The notes below the pieces were generated by a model. That model ran no database searches, was not told the DNA's origin, and worked only from the letters and a program-made list of their open reading frames with translations. A stretch of 34,228 nucleotides of DNA from Basidiobolus ranarum (taxonomy: Eukaryota), in the NCBI GenBank assembly GCA_040143965.1, contig JASJQH010000067.1, positions 1-34,228 of the forward strand, in the 5' to 3' direction. Both the position numbers and the translations under genes were made by a program. This document shows positions 1 through 12,697 of this stretch, piece after piece (within the stretch, counting starts at the first letter, position 1; every line of letters starts with the position of its first letter).

Positions 1-3000
1 TTGCGTCAACCTCACTTTTTTCATCTGCAAAGCATATATCTTTTCTTCGATTGAATTCTAAAGTGCGACATATCATGAGGAATTAGATTCACAAGCAACC
101 AAGATTTACTAGTAAATACAACTCACCTTCATCATAAACCGAATAGCCTCGACTGGAAATTTTTGGCCTAGGCGATGGACACGATCAATAGCTTGGTTTT
201 CAACTGCAGGATTCCTATATATAACAAGTTCGTTGGAGATGTATCTCAAACCCTAGCTTCGTACGCAACTTACCAGTAAGGATCCATCAGAAATACACGT
301 TGAGCCGACGTTAAATTCAGTCTTCGAATACCAGATCAATGTTAGATAAAATACAGTTCCATCGACTAACGATCTGTCTTACCCTACACCACCAGCTTTG
401 AGAGATACTAAGATTACAGTAACTTGAGGACTGTCGCGAAATTTCTCAATATTGAGGGATCTTTGGACTCGATTCATTTTGCCATCCAATCTAGCAAATT
501 GGATGTGGTTTTCTTTCAATGTGTCCTATATTTGAGATGCCTTTCATTAGGCTACAAAGCAAATAATCCAATGGAAAATCAGTTCTTACCTCGATCAAAT
601 CTAACATACTAGTCCATTGTGAAAAGACCACGCTCTTTGCATTGATGCGTCTATCTTGCTCACATATCTCATCATCAGCATCGTACTTTGGAGGGTTCTG
701 CAGCGCTTTGATCAATGCCTGGATTTTAGTGCTTTGCTCAGGTAGCCCAGGTCGAATTTTACAGGGTTGAGTAGACTTAAGAGGAAAGTATTAATCATTG
801 AAGAATAAACGTATTTCATGACAAAAGCAATCCGACAAACTACTAACTTGATCAGGAATTTCTCCTCGTACTTGTACTACGTCAGTTTTAATCAATGTCA
901 CACCACAAGAAGGGCAAAATCGACTAGTTTTACCCTTGTTGAAGTCGTTTAGAATTAGGTTGGCAGCGCAAGATTGACAGAATCTAATGTTGTTACATAA
1001 AATAACCATTACAACAGCTTTAGAATTGAGAATTCCATTGAGTACTAACATGAGTTGAACTTACATGTGCTCGCATTTAGTCAAGTATGGCATCTCACCC
1101 ACTTCTTGGAAACAGAACTGGCACTTGTCATCACCTGAATCCCTCATAATTGAAAGCAGCAATCCAGCCTTTTCTTTCAATTGAGCATTATCTACAAATA
1201 GGATAGGCTTTGGTTCAGTACAAAACCGGATATAAAATGATTAAGCTGCGCAAGTACTTTCTACTTCCAGATTTAAAACCGAGGTATCGCAAAGACTGTG
1301 ATGAGCACAAATCTGTCGAAGCTTTAGAATCCATTGCAACACATTCATATACTGTCTTAACTGTTGAATTAATTACGAAAGTAAGTCGTGATAAGTAAAA
1401 ATATAGGCCTCGGAAGAAAGATAAACTCAATACTAACAGGATTTGCTGCGTCAAGCATTTTGTTGACTTTCTCCTTAGCCTCTGTGGCTACCTTATCGTA
1501 TAGCTTTTGCTCGGGCTCCGAGAACTCCAGCCATGCGAAAATATCACGCTTGGGTGGTAACTTAAGAATTGGCTTCCCGTCGTATTCTTGAGTCTTTACT
1601 CTTCTGAGAGTAATGCATTTCATCAATGTTTGCAGTCGCAAGATGGCTCGATTCTCATTATTTTTTAACGGTCTAGTGAAGATGTGTTGCCATACTGGGA
1701 ACTCACATAATGATGGGATTTGTAAGAATTTGACTAAACTATATAAATCATCAATCTTATTTTGTACGGGAGTTCCACTAAATGGAAACCATGAATTAAT
1801 TCCACCATCACATACGTTTTTACCAACCATAAATTCTTACCTTAGACACCAACGCCTCTCTGCTAACAAATTGCATGCCGCCTTGGATTGTATAGTTGAA
1901 ATATCTTTGATAACATGCGCTTCATCCTACGAATCCCAAAACTTCATAGTCAGTTTACCTATATATGCCAAAAAAACATCAATGTGTGCATTTAACATAC
2001 CAACACAATTCGCAGCCACTTTACTTCTTGAAGCGGAGATTTCGTACCGTGCTTATCACTCTAAAAAAGCAGTAAGTAAATTATAAATACATAGGCCAGC
2101 TACTCGGGAGAAAAGCACACTTACCCTGCTGTACTCCAATGCCAGTACATTATAAGTAGTTATCACAACGTCCTGAAAGTTAGAAAATTAATTTTCCGCG
2201 TATTAAATATGATTTTTTTTGTCTAAATGCTCATCAGAATATTAAAGCTTACTGACGTATTTAGCTAGAGCCCGGGGGTTCGTATTTCGGTTGTTACCAT
2301 GGTAAACGTAGACTGAGAGGACATTCTTTTTGACATGCAAAGAAAATTGCTCTTCCCAATTAGCCACAACGGACAGAGGGCATATGATTAGTGTCGCTCT
2401 TGACTGAACTGATAAATCTCCAACTTCTCTCTCACGGGGTCCATCAATAGGTGGGACTGAATTAGTACGCGTTGGTAATGAAACTTTGAAATCCTCGTCC
2501 ATATTTAACGACGACTGAAAATCACCATCTCCATCTTGAGAATCACGTTCAGCTGCATCGTTTTCCGAGAAATAATCTTCTGGCTCTTTTACTCTGGTGT
2601 GGGTGCTCAGTATCAAAGCTATAATAGATATCGTTTTACCCAGACCCATCTGTAATACCAGTATTTGTTAGTCACTAATACAACTTGTCACTCAAAAGTC
2701 ATTTTAAACCTACATCATCAGCTAAAAGACCACCACGAGGTTCATTGGGTTGGTCGTAAATCTCTTCGTCGGTTACAAGATGCTTATATAGTACTTGTTT
2801 TCTATTGTATTTACTACTGATAACCTTGTATAAAGAACAGGAGAATTTACCCGACTCATGATTGGTTTTGTTCACTTTCTCACGTTCAGTCAGAAAATAT
2901 AAAGCCTGCTTCTGATGTTTGTATAATTTGGGAATTAATCTGGCATCCGGCTCTAACTCTGGAAGATTAACAGGTGTTTCAAGCCATTGATATAAAGTAT

Positions 3001-4936
3001 CAACAGGAGTCTGAGAAGGACCCGAGCTTTGTGGGGGTAATGCCTGTCTATTGAACGGATTTAGATACACTTTATCTGGAACATACTCTTGTGGGTCAGA
3101 AAGATGCAAGCCAAAACTATACAGCCCATTTCCGACGATTTGGACGGCATCTTTTCTCCCAAATAGATAGAGGTTAACTGCGGTCACAAATGCATTCGAC
3201 TTTCCTCTAAAGCGCGGTAGATAGCCTTCAACACGAATTAGCTTTGCGTCCATTAACGGCGCCAATCCGTTAGCACTACTACGCTCAAGGTATCCCAACT
3301 CCTGACCCTTCTTGTAATGCACCTTTATGCAGGTTGGGTCCTGTTGATTTGATTTATCCCGATGTATAATGAGCTTGTTTTCGTCGTCATCATCGTCATC
3401 AATCTCGATCACTTGCGGATTATTCACTGGTTGCAACAATCTTCTAGTGGTAAGAACCAGGCATCTGATCATTCCGAAGCACACCTCTTCAGAACTAAAG
3501 TTGGCCGGCAGCGTGTTCGATGATGTGTTTTGGCTTGGACTGAATGAATTGTACTGGGTGAATTGTCGAAAATTCGATGGCATATTGAAACCTGTGTTGT
3601 CAGCATTAAAAGGAGCTTTTGACCATAACGGCCTTTCTGAATTGGTAGTGGGTATCTCTTCATCGGAATCTATAATTGTCAAATCAACGATCTCCGGCTG
3701 CCTTTTCTCCGTTGTTGCCTATGAAAAAAGATATTGAAACATACTTGGATAGAAACTGCTGATGTATACTCTATTTACCATTGAAGAAGCGGAACTTTCG
3801 TACGAAGCATTCTGTTCTGACTCGGGATACTTATGCTCGCTAGAAGGGTAACTAGAATGCGAACTTGTATGCTGAGTTTCCAAAATGTGGTCAGTTGAGC
3901 ACAATAAAATGCACATTAGATCAATAATTGCATTATTCTATACAAACATACTGACTCGTTGACGTTTGCTTGGTGTTGGATGCGGCAATACATCCAAGAT
4001 ATCCGAATCTTCAGTCAAGTCGATTACTTGGTTGTTACTCACGGAATTATTCATTCTTGTGGTCTGCTGTTGAACCTGCTCTGGAGTTTCTTCACGACGT
4101 CGTTTCTGTTTCTGTATATTGCTTAGTTCTATGCTCAAGTTATCGGGATGTGAGCGATTGAGCCGAGTCAAATCTACCCAGCTAGGATCTATTTCGTTAT
4201 AGTTGTCACTTGAGCCTTTAATTGAGCTCTCTTCCGAATCAATATGTGTTTCTCGGGGATGATCGATATAACTTTGTGAAGGAGTTGGTGTATGTGAAAA
4301 CGAGCTATCTGATATCTCAAAGATATTAGGACTTTCTGATATTTCCCGATTCTCTATATTACTTCTGTATGGTGTTTGTGTCTGTAGATTAGGGCTATTT
4401 TCAAAGATGGACTCTAAATCTTTGAAATCGGAAAATTTGGTCGGAATAGGTCTATTGTAGTTAGAATTCTGAGAAGTGGATTGTTCAGGATAATTATAAT
4501 CCTCGGGTTCGCCATTACTAGTCGTTAATGGCAATGTGTTATAATCAGTACTTTGAGTGTGAAAGTGATCTTCGGTTATATCGTCCAAAGAAGTGACAAC
4601 ATTATCGAGGGTGTTCTCTTTAAGAGATTCTAACGAAAGCGTATCAAATTTCGCGTTGTTATGTGCAACATGTACAGGTGTCTCCGAAATGCGATTAAAA
4701 TTAAGAGGTTTATCAGCTACGGTTACTTCAGAATTGTCACTAGCATTAGGCGCGATGAGAGTTTTACTTATTTCCGGAGCATCAATGGAAGCCTTTCGAA
4801 CTTCGTCTGCTACAACATCTTCGTCCCAAAGATAAGTTTCTAAGCTTTCATTTGGCCGCGTCTGTGTCATGTCAGTAGAACTAACGGATCCTATTCCTTG
4901 GGCAGGAGGAAAATTTGGAAGTTCGTTCAAGTCCAT
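1..4936 (-). CDS. SNF2-family helicase/RING ligase, Rad5/HLTF-like (HIRAN-SNF2-RING-HELICc), multi-exon, 3' end runs off window
   Basis: Hand-spliced exons give LLADD|MGLGKT (Walker A), WLRIVL|DEAH, WCLS|GTPVQN, C3HC4 RING (CQFC..CEHIFCQSC..CPSC), VVFSQWTSMLDL, SLKAGGVG|LNLT and QAIDRVHRLGQ. HIRAN-like segment RDKSNQQDPTCIKV..GQELGYL. Likely start ATG 4936 (MDLNELP). Confidence 0.92.
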
Positions 4937-5295
4937 AATTATTAGTATGTTGGAGTAGCTAACTCTAGCTTGTGATATTTCCCACAAACCTCTTGGAGTT
5001 CAGGTCTGTTACTTGTTGATTCCAATTAATTAAGGGACTTCAGGCTCTTATTTACAACCACACTTTTTCGATAACCAATACTGATTCTATTTGGGCTTAA
5101 CACTCGTATGTAACTTGTGATTCGCGATAATTTATATATTTGTCATATTTTTAAATCAACCAAAATTGAAATTCGCCTATGTTTGATAACCAAATAAGAA
5201 TCAGATAGTAAATGCATTGTATATTTTGTTTCAAAATATTTCCAGAATACAGCATTAAGTCAAATGCTTCTTGTGTAACTCTTTGGAACACAAAC

Positions 5296-6076
5296 ATGTC
5301 TGATAAACAGAATAGCCAAGGACCTGATAAGTACATGTCAACCTCATATCCATCAAAAAGATTCGTTGAATTCCAATAGCATAGCTTGTGTAGGTATATA
5401 GAGCACTTTGATTCAGTAGTTGCTCTAGGAGCTCGACTCGAGTTTCAAAAGAATAGTTCCCAAGCAGAGTTCAACTCTCTCAGGTACCATATATCTTCTA
5501 GTTAGATGAGATTAGTTGAAGTTAACAATTCTTAGAAAGAGCTTAAACAGAGAGAACTCCGCTTTACTCAATCTCCACCAACAGAATATTGACAAATCGA
5601 TTACACGTTTTAAAAAACTCGATAATAAATTAACGCAAAGCTTTCGCATGTCTCTTAACAAGCGTAAAACCTAGTTGTATGTTCTTCTCGTAATATGAGG
5701 CTTTGACTAATGTATCATGCTAGTTCGTGAAGCTCCAACACAGGCCATTGAAAGGTTTCTCGGGGACATTTGTTTAGCAACAGGTACCTATACTTCAGTA
5801 TTACACTTAACCAAAATCTACTTATTCTCGTTGTAGATAACGAACAAAATCAAAGTGAAAACTCCCAGACACTGGAGAGTCTTCTGAATACAGAAGAAAC
5901 ACAACTTTTACTGGATGAGATTCACGGTTGCGAAATAGCTATTGAAGACCTCAAGAGGGAGATATTGGATGCTGAACAGTAAGCAATATTTGTCATTCAA
6001 TGCTCTTTGCAGATAGTATTTATATCGCATCGTATTCACCTCTAGGGTGGCAAACCAAACTTCAAGCCTGCTTTAA
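5296..6076 (+). CDS. hypothetical 161-aa helical/coiled-coil protein, 6 exons
   Basis: Exons 5296-5330, 5394-5483, 5536-5663, 5724-5783, 5837-5978 and 6046-6076 join through GT-AG introns into one open frame (486 nt): MSDKQNSQGPDKYIEHFDSV...LLLDEIHGCEIAIEDLKREILDAEQVANQTSSLL*. Confidence 0.7.
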
Positions 6077-6639
6077 AAACATCGTAGAAACATCAAGCTC
6101 AACCAATCTGGAAATTGCTTATGGAAGAATCATTTTTCTTGTTTAAATAAAAGCTGCCTCGTGTCTATATCTGGCATTATGTCACCACATCTGGTATTGA
6201 GTAGCTTCATTTCTTTTGTTAGAATCGCAACGATATGTGGCGCAGTTACCAATGTTTCAAGAACGTGGTAATATTTTTGGTACTGATCTTGTTTTAATGG
6301 CGACAGCGAGTAAAATCGATTTATTTTTAATATTCTAAACGATTACCTATGGCCTCTTCCCTTAAACCCTTACTCCGGTCATAATTTATTTGACTGTTTC
6401 CTGAATCTCTGTTTCAATTCCGTAGCTGGCCAGGATTTGTCGAATTCTAGTCTATGCAAAATTAGATCACTCCTTTTGAATTGGCCGACTATTAATTATA
6501 GCCAAGACCATTGCTTAACTTGAGATTATTTACAACGTGTATGCGCAAAACCCGGCTGGACTATCAGTAATCCGCAAAATAGCTCAAAAAAAGTCTACTC
6601 GACCATTCCTTGGATCCCCTCGGCGAATTGTCAACACTC

Positions 6640-8708
6640 ATGACAGTTGACCTGAAGACATATTTTGCATTATCATTTTCATTAACTGTAGCTGCTCTTG
6701 CCTACACATATCATCAAATTGGTAAAATTCCATTTTGTTGCAATGGATTACTTTCGATCGTAATTGTATCTGTCTGTATATTTAACGATTGCTCCATGTC
6801 TTACAGGTGATTGTAACGATATTATATACACGAAAACACTCAGCACGGAGCAGCCATCCCCGAAGTTTTTTGTAGCACAGTTTCCTCCCGATTCACAAAC
6901 TCAACAGTTATTACAGTTCTTAAAACATGAGCGACTGTGTACTCTGGTAATATACATACTGAGCATATAGTGTTGATGTATCCCCAAATCTTACCTAGTT
7001 TTAATGTAGGTTTTTGTCAATATGATTTATTGTCTCCTCATCTTAGTGGGGAAAGTTATCACTGGATTCTTTTTTGGAAACCTGAGAGTAATCGAGTGCC
7101 AGGTTTGGTTTTTTTGAGCTTTACTTGCAAGTGTCAGCTTATTAACATCTACAAATCTAGCATATGTATGACAGATTATTGAATTTCTTGCTGTTTAAAG
7201 TCGTTTTTGTTGGAGCTATATTAGAACCGAAATGGGAGGAGCTTTTTATTTGGACCGCTTGGTTTACTATCTTGGGGTTCCTTCGTATATTTAGCATGTT
7301 GTGTCGTGATCGCTTTGAACATGTAAATGAATTATCGTTATCATGTGGACATTTTATAGTTCATACTTAAATATCTTTTATTTATTAGCTAGCGGCATCT
7401 TCCGAATCTACAATGGGCGAACATATAAAGATTTTGACTCTACTGGTAACCATCCTGGTCCTAGATGTTGCACTTATCTTTGTCTGCACTCTGGTATTTC
7501 GTTCTATGGTGTTTCTGCTCACTTTTGAGGTATGCATTTTCCCACTGTTTGTTGGACCAGTATTTCTTGTATTTGGAGATATTCACGCGAAAGTAGTGCT
7601 TTACATTATGTTTAGATACAGTGCAGACTCTCTTTAAATACGTCATTCAACTTCGAGAGATATCTAGTGAAGAAGATTTTGAATCCCGAAGCATATGGCT
7701 ATACTATACCGAATTTGTGACTGATACTCTGATTCTTGCTGCTACTCTTTGTCATTATTTACATATTATGGTACTATTCGTTGGACATATATACTCCTAA
7801 GCAATCAATACTAACAAAAAGCTATAGGCACTACACGGAATCTCTTTTACTTTGATTGATGCGGTTCTGTTTTTGAATATCCGCAGCGTTTTTAGCAACC
7901 TTCGAAAAAAAATATCCGGTTATCAATCATACCGGCAAGCGATGAATAGTCTAAAGCGAAGGTAATGTCAAATGATAGATTGATTGCTGTACCAAGCATA
8001 TAGACTAATCATTGTACATAACCTCCATAGATATACAACCGCTACTAAGGATGAACTCAAGGAATTTAATGATGACTGTGCCATTTGTAGAGAGCCCATG
8101 GATACTGCCAAAAAATTACCTTGCGGCCATTTGTTTCACAGGTTGGTACATATAGCATACTATTGTTAGGCTTAGTCTAATCCACACTTCAAAATAGCCT
8201 ATGTCTTAGATCTTGGTTAGAGCAAGATGGGTCATGTCCCACTTGTCGGCGTACTTTACTAGCAGGGAATGGTAAGAGGACTGAAGAGACTCCTCCGACG
8301 TCTCGAACTCCGCCAACATCGCCAAACTCTGCCGAAGCACATGAGTAAGTATATCTTCGTATTGACACTCTAAAATACGGAGATTCTAACGAATTGCGTC
8401 GAAAACAGGGCATCTCGATCACTATTCCGATTTCATAGTGGAGGCTTGGGAAGCAGTTGGGGCTGGCCAGATTTTTCAGTGGAAATCATATCACGTCAAG
8501 GTGTAGAATTACCTACATCGTCTTCTTATAATCAGTTGTCAGTTCTTGTATGTATTAATCATTTACGGCTCATCTGTAGAGATTCATTGAAACTAACTTT
8601 TCTCTCTAGTTACGTCAAAACTCCGTCTCCGATTTACAATCTCTAGCGGGACAATCTGGAAGTGAGGCAGTAGCACAACATAGCAATAACGAGCACACAC
8701 CTCAGTAA
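6640..8708 (+). CDS. AMFR: ERAD E3 ubiquitin ligase, gp78/AMFR-like (TM domain + RING-H2)
   Basis: Spliced TM region VFVNMIYCLLILVGKVITGFFFGNLRVIECQ|HMYDRLLNFLLFKVVF; RING-H2 DDCAICREPMDTAKKLPCGHLFH..CLRSWLEQDGSCPTCR; post-RING LFRFHSG..WGWPDFSVEI resembles gp78 FHFDGSRIASWLPSFSVEV. Stop TAA 8706-8708. Confidence 0.85.
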
Positions 8709-9443
8709 GATACACTCGACATTTATGTTCACTAGCTTTCATTACTTGCATATATCATTTTCCTTTTACCCGCCCAATTTATTAAATGATTGAAGAATCA
8801 TTGGGGATCGTTAACAAAAGTGAATTTTTTTACCTATTTTTTTTTACTCGATATTGATTTATTTTACCATGTACAACTTGAATCAAAAGGTATCATCGGA
8901 CCAAACTGATTCGGAATCAGTCATGCTCTCTAAAAATACTTTCAGCAAACCCAACCCCTTATCATTATTTTTTGAACAAGATATTTGATTTACATGCAGT
9001 TCTAGAGAGCTTTTTACAAAGCGAATGCCCTTTTTTATCATATTGATTATCCACATGGTAAGTGTTATTTGTCGTGGTGTGGTGGTATTATTATTAGTTT
9101 AAATGTTGTTGATATATATATTATCTATATTGATGGATTTCTACATGGTAGCGCCTTTCGAATGTACGAATAAAGTCATGAAATATTTCCCACTCGCAAT
9201 GAAGTCGTTTTCAGCTACATAGTAGTTATATTAAAAGTCAAGGAGTTGACTCTTCCAATCCCGACTTCACACCAACAAAGGGAATACGAGGAAGTTAAAG
9301 ACATGCTCTTGACCACGAAGGGGACTTCTTTCCTTCTATCTAAACCAAGGACGAAAATAGAAATTCTTGAAACCATATTTATGTTACTGAAACCCTAACC
9401 TAATACATACATTATTCTGATTTACTTATTTCTCAAAAATTTA

Positions 9444-11270
9444 TCAAATGCTCAAATCTAATATATATTTAGCCACTGAGGGCTCTTTAGCTATTGGTTT
9501 ACTAAACAATACACCGACCTTTTCATCAAGACGTTTTTCGAGTTCGTCTTGGTCAAGTGACTTAAGTTCGGGGTTATTCAAGAGTTCTAAATCAGGGAAC
9601 TCTTTGAGAGATTTGATGGCATCCTAAAGTTAAAGAGGTTTAGAAAGAGCAGAAGATATCCAAATTTCTATAAAAATACGTACCATCAATGCACTATGAC
9701 ATTTCTCGGCTTCTTGCTTTTTGGTAGCATTTGTAGACTCAAGCTGTTGACCAAGAATAGTGCCGTAAGGTTTTAGGTTAGGCACGATGAGGATTTTAAT
9801 GATCTCATTTCCTAACGAGGAGAGTCCTATGATTGCACCATAATGTGTAGTCAATGGTTTTGTAGGATCCAGGAATGCTCTCAAGAGAGTTTTGGTCACT
9901 CTAGGCTGTAGAGTGTGATAATTTTGTCCATATTTGCTGCAAATAATTCCTACAATTTTAGCAGCAAGCTTACGAACTCCCCAATGATCGACTTGAGGGC
10001 TTTCTCCAAGCTTTTTACCAACTAAGCAGGAAAGCAGCGGCGGCATAATTTGATGAAGCTAGATTTGATATATCCAGTTAGAATGATTCACTCGTATACG
10101 CGTGGTATTAAAAACATACATATGGCTCGACGAACAAATTTGGGTTGTCTAAAATTGACTTTATCATAGACAACGATGACTCCAAAGGCTTGAGTTTCTT
10201 CATATTTTGAGTAACCTATTTCCAACACAATTTGAGTAACTGAGAATGAATTCATGTATCTTAGCATCTATACCTTTTCAGAGATAAACTGCACAAAATA
10301 AGGCAATAGCTGATGAAGTCCTGGATCTGTACTCAAACTACTGAGTCCAGTTGCTCTTAATGTATCTTCATCACTGAAGATTGCATTGGTAATACGTTCA
10401 AAGTAGAGTTGAAGTTCTTTGGAGAGAACATGTTTCACTAATGGCTTGACTTCAGGCTCATTATTGTTCGCCTTGGGCATGACCTCTGGTTTAACTTTTT
10501 TCTCTAGAATATCGACCTTGGATTCTAATAATAAATTTATGTTAAAACCATATTACCAAATTTTTGAGCGGGGAATAGCAAGAAACCAATTTACCACCAG
10601 GCGCTGGATTTCTAGAAATCGCTGGTTGAACACCTTCGATTGCAAGCCAGTGAGCTACAAAAATAAATTTTTTAGTATTTGACAAATCAACTATCTCGCT
10701 TCGGTAAATAGACCAACCAGTATATGTAACATCAGGAGCAATCTTAGGTAAAGGTGCACTCAATATAGAGTCAAAATCCAATTCCTCGTCGTCGAGGTAA
10801 AATATATCATGATTGTTGACATTGGTAGTTTTAAATCTGAAATCACCAGAAGCAGAATTGAACCCATATAAAGGCTAATCCCTTCAAGATTAGTGTTATA
10901 TCGTAAATAATAGATATCATAGAGTAGACTACCTCTACGTTTCGAACGCGAAGTGCATTGTTAATATCCTCAACTGTCAATTTCTCTCTTTTTGAATGAC
11001 GCATGAACCTGATTCCCTCCTAATCAATCGGTTAGTAATCGTGAAAGTATTTTTAAACCATTTGATCTACATATAATTACTTGAATGATTTCATGCAAGC
11101 GGTATTCTACATCTTGACATAACGCGGACGCGACATCATCTTTAAGATTGCTAATGCCTACTGACTCTGCGACATGCTAATAAAATATTGAAGCTAAGAT
11201 AGTGTTTGAAAAGTATTTTTCAAGATAGACGAAGAGTTACTTTTATAGTGTCCTTGGAATATATGCTCAT
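9444..11270 (-). CDS. TAF6: TFIID/SAGA subunit TAF6
   Basis: Histone fold MSIYSKDTIK|HVAESVGI..DVEYRLHEIIQ..FMRHSKR; AHWLAIEGVQP; KHVLSKELQLYF; DPGLHQLLPYF; LQPRVTKTLLRAFLD..THYGAI. Confidence 0.96.
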
Positions 11271-11494
11271 GCTTGTATATCAACAGTCAACTGGAAACAA
11301 GCTTACTGTAGTCAACTACGCTAAAAAAACCAAACATCAGAAAATATTATGAATCGTGATTGAAATGAAATTGGATTGATCAGGGTATGTTGCAGCTAGA
11401 CTGCTTCAATCATTAGTAAAATGTCGATCAAGATTAAACAATTTATTATTATTACAACAATCTATGTTTATATGTTATACAGAAAACTACAAGT

Positions 11495-12209
11495 CTAGGA
11501 GGGGATCACGTTGAAAAAATGATATATTTCATCCGAGTCAAATACCGCCACTCGAGTGCCACATTCATTGCATTCAACTGGACGAAAAACATCCTCACTC
11601 GTAGCGGGTTTGTTTTGCTTAGGCTTTTTGCCATTTGTAGGGAATTTTAACAGCTCATCAGTAACGACTTTGCAGTTTTCCACGAACATAGCACGGAATT
11701 GATTAGTGAATTTCTCGTGTCTATTCATTGCAATATACCATATTAATACTACAATAATTGAATATAGAGAATATGCCACTTACTTTTGACAATCATAACA
11801 TAACGGAGTCCAACATAAAGGACATGTTAATACAGCATCAGTAGGTCTTACTTTCGATTTTTGACCCATCTCATCTCGCGGAGCGTTTACTGTAAGTATA
11901 AAAATGAGTACCCTGTGCCTCTTGATATGTCTTCCCAGTGCAACTACATACCTACGGTTCTACTTGTCACCCATATTTCGTCTTTATCATCCATTGTGGG
12001 GTCATAGAGTAAGTCTTCATCAGTAGATTTCAACTTTTTTTCTGTAAATCCGAATTATTGGTTGTAGGTATGAGATAGAAGAAATAAGATTTTTGAAGAA
12101 TACCTTTTTTCTTCTTCTCTTTCTCCTCAGCATCCATATCATTATCACCATCGGTTTCCCAACCTTCAGAATCGGTGAAGTATATATCGTCGTAGTATTC
12201 CGTCGTCAT
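11495..12209 (-). CDS. EAPP: E2F-associated phosphoprotein (EAPP) homolog
   Basis: DLLYDPTMDDKDEIWV; TDAVLTCPLCWTPLCYDCQK|HEKFTNQFRAMFVENC; RPVECNECGTRVAVFDSDEIYHFFNVIPS*. Confidence 0.9.
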
Positions 12210-12336
12210 TTTTGAATGGTAAACTTGATAGTAAGAAATAAAAATACTGTTTAACTAACCATATCTAACCCATAGTCCGACTAGTTTTTTTTGCTGATCC
12301 TTTGCAACTAGTTCAAACAAGAGATATATTATTATC

Positions 12337-12349
12337 ACCCTAACCCTAG
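12337..12349 (+). promoter_or_regulatory. telomere-like (telobox/Tbf1-type) motif in the EAPP/NDUFS6 divergent promoter
   Basis: ACCCTAACCCTAG; related copies at 9390-9403 and 23099-23110. Confidence 0.4.
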
Positions 12350-12697
12350 GATTGACATCTGAGTAATGAACTTGGCCCACTTTTCAAACTCATTGACTCT
12401 CCCCCCAAAAAAATAAATTTCCATGTTAGATTGAGATTGCAAGTTTGAATTAAACAGTTTATTGCTTGTCGAGATAATACCGAATTTTCAACTTTTCCGT
12501 ATAATAATGAAAATCACGATATTTCCCCAGGATTGGATATCATCGGGCCCCATCATTATGAGTAAATCAGTGGGGAAAGAGAGGGTAGGATTTTCCAGCA
12601 ACTGAACGATTCAGGTCCTTTGTAAATAGCTTTTTGTCTTTTTACGTTGTATTAAGCACTTTTCCAACAACATTGTAATTTAAGTGAAACTACAAAA

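Noticed and set aside
5648..5674. Apparent premature stop (MSLNKRKT*) suggesting readthrough or a pseudogene
   Set aside because: The TAG falls inside a GT-AG intron (5664-5723) of the spliced model.
6046..6054. GGTGGCAAA (Rpn4 PACE element) upstream of the ERAD ligase
   Set aside because: Lies in the last coding exon of the neighbouring gene about 590 nt away, and no such element is seen before RPN8.
8905..8921. ACTGATTC-G-GAATCAGT inverted repeat
   Set aside because: Isolated short palindrome with no supporting context.
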